A stretch of DNA of 63,325 bases, counting the filler, from Catajapyx aquilonaris (taxonomy: Eukaryota): assembly GCA_000934665.2 (NCBI GenBank). It is 2 parts of 2 records of this genome, joined end to end, with 100 filler letters (N's around TTAATTAATTAA, not from the genome) between each part and the next. Parts side by side here need not be neighbours in the genome. Positions count along the whole stretch, not along the records: positions 1 to 31,620 come from JYFJ02004508.1; 1 more part is not named here. One strand, given 5' to 3'. Position 1 is the first letter of the stretch, and the number at the start of each line of letters is the position of its first letter. The position numbers and the translations under genes were made by a program. The notes beneath the pieces were generated by a model that was not told the origin of the DNA, ran no database searches, and was given only the letters and a program-made list of their open reading frames with translations. This document shows, piece after piece, positions 12,330 through 24,588 of the stretch.

Positions 12330-12862
12330 TAGTATTACCTCTCATAAAGCGATATGCCGGTATACCCGAGGGGTGCCCTGCATGCCGCTATAACCGAGGC
12401 AAATTTCCGTAATTGTGATCCTTGCCAAATTGGAATGCCTCTGGTACCATACTAAAATAATGTTACAATGAAAATGGCCAAGTGTACAGGCAGTGAGAAT
12501 ATGCAAGTTCTGTTGCACAGTGCATTTAAAAAATGTATAGTGTGACCAATCCCATCGTCAGCCTGCTTTGACAGGGGAACCCCCCACTCCAACATACTGT
12601 TTAAATATAGATTATTGCCAGACACTGCAATTGAAAACAATATATGGTACAGGTACTCTATTAGGAAAATGTGCCTTTTCGATAGCCTTTACGTGAATTT
12701 CGATTTCCAGGCAAATGTCAAGTTCAGGAAGGATAATGTAACTTATGTGATAACTTTCCGTCCTTGCCGTATACCGGCATGCCCAGATAATACCAGATAA
12801 TGCATTTCTAAAATCTGGTCGAACACAACTACACCGGCATGCCTCTTTATGAGGTAATACGG
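12330..12862. mobile_element. Uninterrupted copy of the same TIR element
   Basis: GTATTACCTCTCATAAAG ... CTTTATGAGGTAATACGG termini; high similarity to 18572-20104. Confidence 0.75.
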
Positions 12863-13839
12863 CATAATAACCTGCCCCTACCAAACCTTCTCAAACTAAT
12901 GCATACATGATAGTGGGGTTATGAAAATTTAAATTGCCTTACCCAAGATTATAACATGTGAGAATAAATAAGCACATGAGTTAAAATTAATCAAAGCTAT
13001 TTAAACACTCAGCACCAGAACAAGATGGGCAAAAAATTCTGCCAGGCTGTAGTTAGCTGGAAATGACCTGGTCCTCAACTACTGATAATCACACTCACAA
13101 TCTGTAGGGCTGCATTTGAATCCTGTTTCGACTCTCTCCAGCTAAGGGATATCCCAGCTAACCAGCACACCCTGCACATATGGCCCTATGTCAGTTGCCA
13201 CAACAGGATAGGTCATTGGCAGCTGGCAAGTCGAGCAATATTTTGGCGCAATTAGGTCATGCCTGCACCAAGTGTTCTCTAGCCAGGCCTTCTTTTTGAA
13301 GCATATTAGGTGTACATAGGGGTTAAATTAGTAGGTCTATAAGCAAGTGCCGTGCAACTTTTTATTCTTTCCCATTAGTCTTGGAAGGACGGGTAGTGCA
13401 GAGGGTGGGAAGTGTCAGAGGGCACAATTAGTCAGCAATGGAGGAGAGACCATTCATTGTTCAGATTGCAATGTTGATACTGTTCTTGGCCGAGTCATTT
13501 GGGAGTAGATTGGTATCTGTTCAGAATTGCAGAAACACGGCAGGTGTTTGAGTATACTCAACCTGTTTGCCTGTAAACAAGCCTTTAAATTATTGTGGTT
13601 CAGTTTTTCTGCACTTTAAGCACAAGGTTTAAGCATGCCTCACACTTTTGTTGGGTGTTGAAAAAGGTTATTACAAGGGTATAAATGAAAGTGAGCATGT
13701 CAACCATATCCAGATTTGGTTGCAAGTCATTCCAGGATGAAAAAAAAACATGCAAAAATGTGGACAGTAGACTGGAGGAAGAGCTCTGGTCTGCCATTCA
13801 CATCTTGATGCTCATGATTGTACCTTCACATAGATAATA

Positions 13840-14233
13840 CAGGGTGGACCAACTTCAAGCGTCGTTTTATAACGGCTATTAATAGAAGCGCTTTACGATT
13901 GACGTAGCAGCAACGTGTAAAATGGCCCACTTCGGCGCCATCGAAAATATTAGCTGTGTTTCATTTGCAGGTTTCCCCCTTGCATTACAGGTCCATGGTC
14001 CATCTGGTGCCTTGGACGTCACCCATTTCACCCAGGCGCATTGCAGGTCATGTGTGCACCTCCTTTTTTCCAGGTCAACCCAGCAGCAGGGTTGATTACA
14101 TGTGTGCTGCTATTGGCAGCTAATATTTTCGATGGCGCCGAAGTGGGACATTTTACACGTCGCTGCTACGTCATCGCAAAATCACTGCTATTAATCGTGA
14201 TTATAAAACGACACTTGAAGTTGGTCCACCCTG
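13840..14233. mobile_element. Tc1/mariner-type MITE
   Basis: TA|CAGGGTGGACCAACTTCAAG ... CTTGAAGTTGGTCCACCCTG|TA; arms of about 115 bp. Confidence 0.85.
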
Positions 14234-14411
14234 TATTATCATCCAGCCAGTGACGTATTAGTTGCCTTTTGAGTCACAGCAAAGCTGCTTAAAATTTTTT
14301 TCTGTTTATTTCACCCAAAATCCAACCCCATGTTTTGGAATTTTTCTCTCTAGGTTTGTGCTCAACTAGGTCTGCTTGAGGTTGACTGGCTCACTTTCAT
14401 TTGAGTAAAGT

Positions 14412-14813
14412 GGGCTCTACACACTCGGTCCGACTTTGACCGAATTCGACCATTGAACCTTCTGTGTAAATGGCATTCCATGTCGGAGCCAGGGAGGCCA
14501 GCTCAAGTCACCTAGGCAGATTGGAGACGGGAGAGTGGGTGGGGCAAAATGTCGGATTGACTGTGAATCACTGTCCGACTCATCCCGGCTCTCTGATTGG
14601 CTAGTGGGGTCTTCTAGTCGAACTCGATGCCCCCCACTCCTTTGCCACGTCCACCTTTTTTTAGTAAACAAACTTTGCCCCCACCCTCCACCCCCCTCCA
14701 CAAAAATGTGTCCCCCCACCTTCGAACATCGAACATCAGACCTCTGTCTGAAGAGGAGGATGTCCGATGCCTCCGAGTCAGAGAGAGTCAAAGTCGGATC
14801 GACTATGTAGCGC
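14412..14813. mobile_element. Harbinger-like MITE
   Basis: GGCTCTACACACTCGGTCCGACTTTGAC ... GTCAAAGTCGGATCGACTATGTAGCGCC imperfect TIRs. Confidence 0.6.
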
Positions 14814-15214
14814 CGACTTAACAATTATTATTAGACCTCCTCTGTGTTGTTTGCATCCTTGATGCATATCCAAGTGTCAAATTTGGCAAAAGGTGAGGCA
14901 ATGTTTTTGAAATGCCATGTTGCAAAAGGACTGCTGCAGAAATGGTCTGTGTATTATTGGTTAACGACATTTCACTAAACACGCCATGAACACTTGCATA
15001 CAGCATTTAAATTCCAATATTAAGCCCAGATCTTCACTTAATTTTCCCCACATGGAGAAATATTCTTAAACTGCTACATTTTCAACTCGAAATACTTACA
15101 ACAATGTGGGCAGATATTCTTGTGTAGTTTCATTTGCTAACTTTTCAAAATTGGTATGTAAGTGAATTGCTTTGAGTGTAGAAGATTATATCATTTCTCT
15201 CTTGTTCTTCGCAG

Positions 15215-15287
15215 GACCCCTGGAAAGGTGGGTGACAAAGGGAAGAGTCCTGACAAGCAAACTAATGGATCTGGAGGAGGAGACTAA
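15215..15287 (+). CDS. SRSF7: Probable terminal coding exon of the SRSF7-like gene (RTPGKVGDKGKSPDKQTNGSGGGD*)
   Basis: Strong acceptor tttctctcttgttcttcgcag; compatible with phase 2; TAA at 15285-15287; AATAAA at 15421. Confidence 0.65.
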
Positions 15288-16022
15288 TTTTAATCAAAGG
15301 GGAAGGAAAGAGTGTGTTTCCCTTATTATAACGAAGTAAAAAATGTATTCTGCTCATGTTGAGAGCAATCAGTTAAGTTAGATCTAGAGTTTTTCGAAAG
15401 CTCTTCCTTTTGAAGGGTGTAATAAAGGAACCATTCACATGAGGGAGTAGGGTTAGTGCCCATGATCTAAGTAATGTCATTTGAACGACACTCAATGCAC
15501 TTGTAACTGTTTCTCCATAGTGAATGGCCCCTGATCATAATCACATTGTAGCACGTAAGGCAAAGCTAATGCTTTGCAAAAAGATATTGTCATAGTCAAG
15601 ATTTACGTGTAGGGTTGAGAAACTTGTTTTGATGATAGAAATTGTGTTACATTTTATGTAGAATTGTAATTCCAGGGTGTGTGTGTGAATTAATGCTTGG
15701 TGAAGTAGGCATCCATTGCATTAGCATATAAGGGATTTTGGAAAAGAAAGGAAAAAGAACTTCTAAGAGATTACACATTCCACCACACACACCATGGTAG
15801 TAGTATAGCACGTCCATTGTTCAGGCATTTTCTTGGTTTTATGTATTGTGTTGACATGGGATTTGGGAACACGTTATGTAGCAAAATGATGTATCTTTGC
15901 TGAAATGAAAGTGTTTTTTCCCCTGCCCCCCTATATATTGTTGTAAAGAGTCGGTAGTCTTGATTTTCCCACCTAAACAGGAGTGAAATGAGATTGGATT
16001 ATAGACAGGTTCATAGGCTATA

Positions 16023-16524
16023 CAGGGTGTTTGAGAGTCACTGTTCAAGTGCCCGCGAGGGGGTGGGGAAAAATCGTAGGTGGCGACAACCCCGGTCGGT
16101 TTTATAAAACAATTAGAAATACGGCAGTAATCAATTTATTTATTACGGCCGTACAGCGTGACGTCACATCCTTTCTGTTTGAATTGACTGGCGCGGACTG
16201 GCAGGTGGAGTGGGTTGCACTGAAAAAGGCGCTCTCCTGCTATACCGGCAGGGTACTGTACACACCATTGTACAGTACCCTACCGGTATAGCAGGAGAGT
16301 GACTTTTTCAGTGCAACCCGCAAGGCTAAAAAGCCGTTCAACCCACTAGTGCACCTGCCAGTCAATTCGAAGAGAAAGGATGTGAGTCACGCCGTACGGC
16401 CGTAATAAATTAATTGATTACTGCCGTATTTCGAATTGTTTTATAAAACCGACCGGGTTGTCGCCACCTACTATTTTTCCCCACCCCCCCACGTGCACTT
16501 GACCTGTGACTCTGAAACACCTTG
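16023..16524. mobile_element. Tc1/mariner-type MITE, nearly fully palindromic
   Basis: TA|CAGGGTGTTT ... AAACACCTTG|TA; long inverted arms. Confidence 0.85.
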
Positions 16525-16944
16525 TATTACATGGAAACCGGTGGGATTGGAAGCCAAGAAACCTGAATATTGAAGAGGCATGCAGTAAGATCATGAAATC
16601 TCCCAAGTGGCATGGTCGGGCATGGTGGTCTAGTGGCCATGCTACTGGTGAGCCAAGTGGGGTTCAAATCCCATCACCTTTGCTTGGTTGGGTATTTTTC
16701 CACTTTCACCCAATGTGTCTGGGCAGACTTGCACTCCCTTCTCTGCCCAAGGCCAAGAGAAAAGTTCTGATATTTATGAGGGTCTGAAATGACTTGAGAA
16801 CCCTCCTCTCCTAAGAGGGCTCTGCCCCACGGACTAGGTGTCTCAGGACTGGTCACTCTTATCGCCTTGGGAGGGAAATGGGGAGGTAATGCAGAACGGA
16901 ACCATAGGTGGCACGTTGATCAGGGGCCAGACTGCAGAGGAACG

Positions 16945-17230
16945 CGTGCCAGTGGACTGGTGGTTAGCGCACTCGCCTCTGGTCCCAAGGTTGTGGGTTC
17001 GAACCCGGCAGAGGTCGGTGACTTTTCTCTGGGTGGTAGAAAAGTGAGAGTGCGCCTTCCTTCGGAGGGGAAGTAAAGCCGTTGGTCCCGTGTGCTTGTG
17101 ACATTGCGCGAGTGCACGTTAAAGATCCCCAGAGTGGCCAAATTTCCAGGAGGAGGACCACCCCCGGGCGTCGGTGTTGAACCTTAGAGGCAGAAATAGG
17201 CCGACGTTAAGCCCCGCTGATAAAAGACCA
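16945..17230 (+). mobile_element. tRNA-derived SINE with a Deu/Nin-like central domain
   Basis: TGGTTAGCGCACTCGCC...GGTTCGAACCC head; CTTCGGAGGGGAAGTAAAGCCGTTGGTCCC core. The domain assignment is from memory. Confidence 0.7.
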
Positions 17231-18004
17231 AAGAGATGCACATCACATTGGTCCATCAATGACAAGTTGACTCAATTGATTAGTTCAAAGAGGCTCAGGA
17301 CCCAGCAGCTCATTGGTTTAAATAAGACGCGATGTGCTTCTCTTCAGTCTGGGTCCTGATCAGTGTACCGCCTGTGGTGCATTACCTCCCTGTTTCCCTC
17401 CTAACACGATAAGGGGGGAAGTGGCCAGTCCTTTGATATCTAGTCCGTGCTTGCCCTATCATGGAGTTTTTTAAAAAATCTTGGACATGACCAAAACCAA
17501 GCAGCATAGCTCTAGCATAGGGCTGTCCCTGTACTGTACTATAATAGCATGGAGAATGACCTGCCCAATGCCTGATATTCTTCCTGCTACCTGACAGTCT
17601 TGAGAGAGAGTCATTCCCACGAAACAGGCCAAAGTGATGTCCTTTAGCGATACAGGATGTCAACTTCATGATGCTGTTCTCAACTTCATGATGCTGTTCT
17701 CACTGTTTCATATTTCATTTGGACAGCACCCAAGGGGCACAATGTAGGGCGCATGTCAAATAAGCAAAGTTATCTTCTGCTTAGAAGAGAAAAATTATTC
17801 CCTCACTTCTCGGATGCTTGGGAAAAAGAGAATAAGTCAGAAAATGTGCAATTTGAGTTGTGTGTCGTGTTATGGTCACAAGGAGTCCCTCTTGGTTCTG
17901 CCAGAAGGCTGCAAGTGCAAGCAAACTAGCAGGCTAGGAAAAAAATGTGCGAGCAAGAGTATGTCATCTTTACAAGGAGACCTGGCTCAGGAAGAGAGGT
18001 ACTA

Positions 18005-18142
18005 CGGGGCTCAACTTGTTTTGGCCACTTTATCCTGGTCTTGAAGCAACCCTTTGCACAGGCCCCACATTTAGCAGGTGTGTGTGTGTGTGAATGTTGC
18101 TTCAAGGCCAGGATAAAGTGGCCAAAACAATTTGAGCCCCAG
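18005..18142. mobile_element. Small palindromic TA-flanked MITE
   Basis: GGGGCTCAA...TTTTGGCCACTTTATCCTGG / CCAGGATAAAGTGGCCAAAA...TTGAGCCCC. Confidence 0.7.
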
Positions 18143-19046
18143 TACAAGTCAAGTGATTCCCATCCATCTTCGTAATCGACATCTATAAATGACGATGTTT
18201 GTGAGTGTGTGGGGTTGTTTGTTCGCTATAGAAATCCAGGGGAACACGCACCGCCTTCCAGGGGAATCCAGGGGAACTACACCGCCTTAAACTAGCACAC
18301 AAGGAAGGAATTTCATGCCGCATGTTTCAGCTTCCGAAAGTGAACCTATCTTGCACACTCCTCTCACTGCTCCCGTCAACAGTGTCCAACTTAACAATAT
18401 CTCACAACAATACTACTTTTGTTTGAAGGCACCTCCACGGAAACTTGAAAAGTGAGAAGTTCCAGAATAATTGAATTCTCGGTGATATCGGGTGTCTCCT
18501 TTCTGTTTCTCAATCAAATGCCTCCAAAGAAGAGTTGCACATTTGGACAATCTCCTGCTGCCAACGAACTACCGTATTACCTCTCATGAAGCTGCATGCC
18601 GGTATAAAACGAGGTCGACCAGCATGCCTGTATAACCCGGGGGTTCCCGGCAGGCCGCTATAACCGAGGCAGATTTCCTTAATTTTGATCCTTGCCAAAT
18701 TGGAATGCCTCTGCTACCTTACTAAAATAATGCTCCAATGAAAATGGGCGAGTGTAGAGGCAGTGATAATATCAAGTTCTGTTGCACAATGCATTAAAAA
18801 ATGTAGAGAGTGTGACCAATTCCATCGTCAGCCTGCTTTAACATACTGTTTATGTAGAGATTATTGCCAGACACTGCAATTGAAAACTATATGGGGGAGG
18901 TATGGTGGCCGAGATGGTAACGTCTCGGCTTGCTGAGTGAAAGGTCCCAGGTTCGATCGCCGCCTGGGAGCTACCTTTCGCCTGCGTCGGGAGGGTCTCT
19001 GACCTGCACCTTTGGAGGTGTCTGGCAACCTAACCTCCTGGGGGAC

Positions 19047-19303
19047 AGGGGCGACACGGTGGCGGAGTGGTTAGCGCCGCAGCCTTCCGCCTCTAAGGTC
19101 CCGAGTTCGATCCCCGGATCGGACAGAGGATACTTATGTGGATAGAGTTTCGATGGGTTCTCTCCGTGTTCGCGTGGGTTTTCTCGGGGCTCTCCCGTTT
19201 CCTCCCACTATCAAAATCCATCACAGCAAAGGCAATGATTAAAGTCGGTTAATTAAAAATATGATCCCCTAACAAAGCCCAAGGAGGCTTATCACGGGGT
19301 ATC

Positions 19304-19358
<55 letters not shown>
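19047..19358 (+). mobile_element. tRNA-derived SINE B with a V-domain-like core and (ATT)n tail
   Basis: A and B boxes; 14-bp TSD ACCTCCTGGGGGAC at 19033-19046 and 19359-19372; second copy at 52915-53130. Confidence 0.88.
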
Positions 19359-19361
<3 letters not shown>

Positions 19362-19459
19362 TCCTGGGGGACTGCACATGGCCCAAAGGCTAGGACAATG
19401 CACATGCACAAGTGTCCCCTCCCCAACAATCCCTATCCCTACCCTACTTCCCTAATTAT

Positions 19460-19740
19460 ACCGAAGCAGGTTGGCATAGTGGATAAGGCGTCCGACTGCT
19501 AATCGGGAGGTCCTGAGTTCGAATCCCGGGGCCAGCAACTCTGACCGTGGTTTTCTGTGGTTTCCCACGGTCCTTCCAGGGAAATTCAGGAGTTGCTTCC
19601 GTAATTAAAAGGCCACAGCCACTTCCTTCCGGCCCTATCCTATCCCAAAGAGCACAGTAAAATGAAAGCAAAGAGTTCCAGGCAAAACAAACTTCCCCCC
19701 TAAAGAGCCGATGGCTGATAACGGGGTATGAATTATTAAA
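19460..19740 (+). mobile_element. tRNA-derived SINE C
   Basis: A box TGGCATAGTGG; B box AGTTCGAATCC; TSD ACTTCCCTA(A/G)TTAT at 19446-19459 and 19741-19754. Confidence 0.85.
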
Positions 19741-20418
19741 ACTTCCCTAGTTATTCCTTGCACGGTGATCGAAGAAAATTAGAAAAATGACTCTATATGG
19801 TGGTAGACCACTCCCCTACAAACCCTAATCTGGTTATCACGGGGTAATAGAAAAAAATAAAATAAAATGACAACAATATATGGTACAGGTACTCTATTAG
19901 GAAAATGTGCCTTTTCGATAGCCTTTACGTGAATTTCGATTTCCAGGCATATGTCAAGTTCGGGAAGGATAATGTAACTTATGATTGTGAAAACCTCCTG
20001 TCCTTGCCGTATACCGGCATGCCCAGATAATACCAGATAATGCATTTCTAAAAACTGGTCGAACTCGACTACACTGGCATGCCGCTTTATGAGAGGTAAT
20101 ACGCAGCATGAAACAGGCAGTCAACGACAGTACCATCTAGAAGTTCACAAGCTTCACAAAGGCTTTCCATTTCTACTGAGTAGAATCAGTAATTGCCTCT
20201 GACAATAGGCACTTGGATTTACAACATGTGCAACAACTTTGGCTGTGGCATCATCAGGAATAATGTTGCTGCAACACTATTTGCTGATGGTAGGACATCA
20301 CATTCTGCCATTCAAAAGTAATGAAAAGCTTTGACTTGTTTTCAATCACTACACAATGGCCCATAAGGCCAGTTTTAAGGCATATCGAGTGTATGGAATG
20401 CAAATATAAACAAGCAAA

Positions 20419-20676
20419 TGTACCGAAGCAGTTTGGTGGAGTGGATAAGGTATTCAACTGCTAATCGGGAGGTCCTGGGTTCGAATCCCGGGGCCGACGA
20501 TCCTGACCATGGTTTTTGTGGTTTTCCATGGTCCCCCCAGGATAATTCCGGGGTTGTTTCTGTATAACAGCCGCTTCCTTCATTCCCTATCCTTGGCCCC
20601 ATCCAATGGTGGTACTCCACCCCCCTAATGGAGCACCGATTCTCCCAATGGGGTATAAAAAACAAAAACAAACAAA
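20419..20676 (+). mobile_element. SINE C-family copy
   Basis: Similar to 19460-19740; 17-bp TSD AAATATAAACAAGCAAA at 20402-20418 and 20677-20693. Confidence 0.85.
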
Positions 20677-20869
20677 AAATATAAACAAGCAAACTTGCTG
20701 AAATATAGATATATACTACCACAATACACCGCAATATCACAATACACCCCGGGCAATGCCGGGTAACCTGCTAGTGCAGGATTAATAAGATGGGGAATAA
20801 AGGAACATGTCAACTTATCCCCGTAAGCACATACAAATCCTGCTGCGTGCAGGGCAACATGTCATAATG

Positions 20870-21910
20870 CCATAATGGCAGCAATGCGTGAACCAGACTG
20901 CATAGCATTTTGCAGTCCCACTGGAGTGAAACACGTGATCCTCTTCGTGGACACATGTGGGGGACAAAACAAAAATTCCCATGTCTCAACCAATGTTCCT
21001 TGGAGCCATGGCAAAAATACTGACTGCAGACAATAGATCACAAGTTCTTGGTACCAGGACACACCAGGATGGAGTGTGATGCAGACTATTCAGCTATTGA
21101 GAAGCAAAAGAAAAAACCTCCATGTACTTGCACCTGCTTAGGGATTGGTATCAGTTAGTGCGCAGTCCGGGGAAGAAGCGCTCTTACGAAGTCATCATCA
21201 TGGAACAGGAGCATTTCCTCGACTTCACAAGCTTGCTGAAGGTTGTGGAGGAACAGAGATGACAGGGGTGAGAAGTTCATGTGGAGTCCAGCAAGATGGG
21301 TAAGCTTAAGCTACACATGAGAACCAGGTTTGGTGTACTACAAGACGTCCCTCCAGAAGGAATTCCCGTTTGGTTCATTGCATCAGCGTGGTACGTCTCC
21401 TGACGAACTTAACATCAGAAAGAGCTACTCAGAGCCGGTACCAGTAAGCGCCAGAAAAAAAGAAAGACCTCCTTGACATGCTACACCTTGTAGATCCTGT
21501 GTTCAATCTCAACCTCAGATACTGATATAAGGTGGAATAGAAAAATAATTGTAGGAAAAAAAGAGATGTGCCTTACATAATGGGGGGTTTCCCTTACGCT
21601 TCACCAAAAAGTACTTGTGTCATTGCCATGCATGTTTTCTCTAAATTCTACGTATATGCAAAAGGGCATACATGTATGTCATAATATTATCGAATTTTGA
21701 AATTGAATGTCATGTTTTCCAATACTCATGAGCATTAGACTGTTCCATGTATTGTTATGTGATGACGCAGGACCTAAAACCACACTTACGCAGCAGAAAC
21801 GCCAGTTCAGGACAGCATGCTGACCTACATAAAATGTGTAAAGTCCAGTGGTTTAGAAAATCTGCTCTCCTGAAAAAAAGACTTTTTTGACTTAGGCTCT
21901 TTTTCCCGTG
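20870..21910 (+). mobile_element. Second Sola-like transposase remnant (3' half)
   Basis: Manual translation gives LFVDTCGGQNKNSH (20941), HKFLVPGHTRMECDADYSAIEK (about 21039-21105) and a PVPVSARKK..DLLDML C-terminus; frameshifted. Confidence 0.75.
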
Positions 21911-24181
21911 CATCAGAGACTTGTCCCAATTTGCATTCTCAGTACTACAATCTATAATTTATCGTGAAGTCCGGGAAGTATCAGTTTACACTCGGACAGA
22001 ACATGTTCTCCATTGTTAAAAATGACGTCATGATGCAGAAATGATTGCACCTGATGAAACTACTCTGAACAGGTGAGCCTTCCATGGTTTCCCACGTAAA
22101 TCGTCATTCCCTCACTACTTCATGTCAGGTCATGTAACTTGCGATGAGATAGGTGGCAAGTGCTCTAATGAACGACCATCTGTTCTGGGCACTCATGAGA
22201 CGTAGGCCCACATAAGTCACTCATTCCCAGGTTGGCAGAGGAGGTGGAATGTGAGCATGAAAGGGCGAAAACTGCTGCGTGTTTAGCATGACTGTCATTC
22301 CCTCGCTGCTCTGTAAGCAGTCTTAACCGTACCCTCAAGGGGAAGAAACATGATGAAAGGGTGCCTTTCATGTTGGAGGACATGATGGTATTCTTGTTTG
22401 GGTCAAAAAGTGTAAGCGCGCCAGTCAGGGGGCCATTACAACTGAGTTCGTCATTCCCTCACCTTGCACAACATGAGGGAATGATGTAACTACTACCTGC
22501 CTGCACCTCCAACCAGCAATGCAAGCGTGTGTGGGGGTATCTATCGTTGTAAGGATAGATGTCAAAGATCCATATCTCCAAAATGGATCGTTGCCAGCCT
22601 TTAGGACCCATGCCATGCATTTGATCATATGCACCCCTAACACCTGTATCATTTTGGGAGATAAATTCACTTCGTCAGTTTTTAAAAATTCACATGTCAC
22701 AAATAATGCCCAAGGCTGTGACAATATTTTTTTTTCTTCCTTAGAGGGGGCATGACCTTCTTAGAAAAAATTACCACCATGATTTCACAACTGTCAATAT
22801 ATTAATTTTATTTACCTCAGATTGGCCTATTTAGTGAGAATAACCCAGGAATAAATGGGTGGGATCAAACTTGCTGATGCTTGCTGGTGAGAATTATTCT
22901 CATAATCTCAGTAGCATAAGAGTCCTAGGAAAAATATGCCTCTAAAGTGAAATGTTATATTATCATCACCCACCAAAATTACAGAGGTTGTACTGTAGAT
23001 GTTAATAATAACATATTACTAGCAAGTAACATGTTGTTGCCTGGGTGGTATGTGCAAGAATGTAATACACTCCATACACTCAATATGGTTAAAACTGGCT
23101 CTATGGGCCATTGTGTAGTAATTGAAAACAATAAGCCAAAGTATTTCACTAACTCGTCCGAAGGGGCCAATCATGCCTCAGTTAGTGGAGTTGTCGCATT
23201 GCTGGAATTTATGCCAATAAGACATGTAACAAGATGACTGCGGATAGAGCAAGCCCAGGAAAAGACTGCATGGGTTTTTTCCTTTCTGCCCCCTCCACTC
23301 TCCCACCTCGTCCCCTATGTTTGCCCTGAAGAATGCACAGATGCCAAGTAGGAAATTGAGGCGCTCAGAGGAAGAACGGCATAGGCTTTTTGTCTTCCGC
23401 TTTATCATGCAGCTAAAGCTACAGACAAATACAAGTGGAATATGTGAGCTTTGACATGGCCCGATTCATTTGGTACTTCAGCACATGAAAGGTAGATGGA
23501 AGGGGAGTACAACAGCACTACAAACTCAAAATTGGAGGTTGGTTGGGATATGCCGTTCTTCCTCTGAGCGCCTCAATTATGCTTCCATTTGCATCTGGCA
23601 ACTCTACTGCAAAATCCCATGAAATCCTGTGCAGTCTTTTCCGGGGCTAACTGTACGATAGGAACTAATGTGAGGTGGGCATCAGGCCTCAGTTAGCATA
23701 GTCGATGCATGCATAGCATTTACGGCTGTAGGATGTGTAAAATCAATACGATGGGTGGCAATGAGAGGAGTTAGGTGTGTTACACCTCATTTTCAAAAAC
23801 TGAAACATGCAGCATCAAATTCCTAGTGAAAAGTAGCCCCCGGTATACTAGTTTAAGGTGGTATACGTGCATTCCTTGGATTTCTGTAGCAAACATACTA
23901 ACAAACTTCCCAAAATATAGATGTAGATTTAAGGCACGGTAGGCTGGGTGTATGGCACAGGTATGGAATGGCTGACACATCAATGATGTTCATGGGCCTT
24001 ATCAAGGTGTGGAGTCATAAATTGGTACAAATTAAGATGTGTGGTACATGTTGGTGGCACATTGTTCTGGTTTCCATTATAACATTTGCACAGATATGCA
24101 ACTGACTTGAACCCACATCGTTTGCGTCAGTTTGTCAATACAACCCCAGAAGTGTAAATAATGGAACATCACAAATATAAA

Positions 24182-24588
24182 TCAGTCTGAGTCACTAAGT
24201 GTCCTTGGAATTTCAACTGATGTGGCATCCATATTGCTTTCCACGGAATCGTTTTGAAATTCTGGAAATGGTTCATATCGTGCCTCTTCTTCTTCTTCCT
24301 CCTCTCCCTCCTCCTCCTCATCCTCCTCCTCCTCCTCTTCCTCCTCGTCTCCTTCTACTTCAAATACCCTTACTCTCTTGCAGTTGCGGAACAGAACCAC
24401 TGCCACTTTACGAGGGCCACTAACAGCAAAGCGAACACATGGAAAGCGTTCCAATTCATGGATAGCACTTGGTTCAATCCTTGCTTCCACATCAATGGGA
24501 TGCTCTGGGAGGGAATCTTCAATGGGTGTTAAGTCCAACAGAAGCTGGGGAAGCCCTAACTGTGCAAATAGTGAATGGGTCTTGCCAC
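24182..24588 (-). CDS. ANAPC4: ANAPC4 last coding exon with acidic tail
   Basis: FAVSGPRKVAVVL...RVRVFEVE then poly-Glu; TGA at 24182-24184. Total CDS 2364 nt (787 aa). Confidence 0.9.

Larger units (their letters stand above)
18893..19870 (+). mobile_element. tRNA-derived SINE A, interrupted by two younger SINEs
   Basis: A box TGGCCGAGATGG; B box GGTTCGATCG; A-rich tail at about 19850-19868. Confidence 0.75.
18572..20104. mobile_element. TIR element (CCGTATTACCTCTCAT termini) split by SINEs
   Basis: 18572-18890 plus 19871-20104 are collinear with the uninterrupted copy at 12330-12862. Confidence 0.8.
18182..20774 (+). mobile_element. Non-autonomous Helitron-like element hosting nested insertions
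   Basis: 5' A|TCTATA with a TGTTTG-rich head; 3' hairpin CCCGGGCAATGCCGGG then TAACCTGCTAG|T. The 3' end is better supported than the 5' end. Confidence 0.6.

Noticed and set aside
13000..13800. Possible minus-strand reverse-transcriptase (Penelope-like) remnant
   Set aside because: Only faint motif-like traces with many stops; cannot be supported without a search.
14740..14800. Hammerhead-like CTGAAGA plus GGAGG/CCTCC stem
   Set aside because: Followed by GAGT rather than GAAA, with no convincing stems I or III; lies inside a MITE.
16945..20500. tRNA-like sequences with A/B boxes (also about 16615, 28490, 35330, 47200 and 52915)
   Set aside because: No complete cloverleaf; they continue into SINE bodies with tails and TSDs, so they are SINE heads rather than tRNA genes.
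24199..24532. Poly-Pro and poly-Leu ORFs on +
   Set aside because: Antisense reading of the ANAPC4 acidic GAG-repeat tail.
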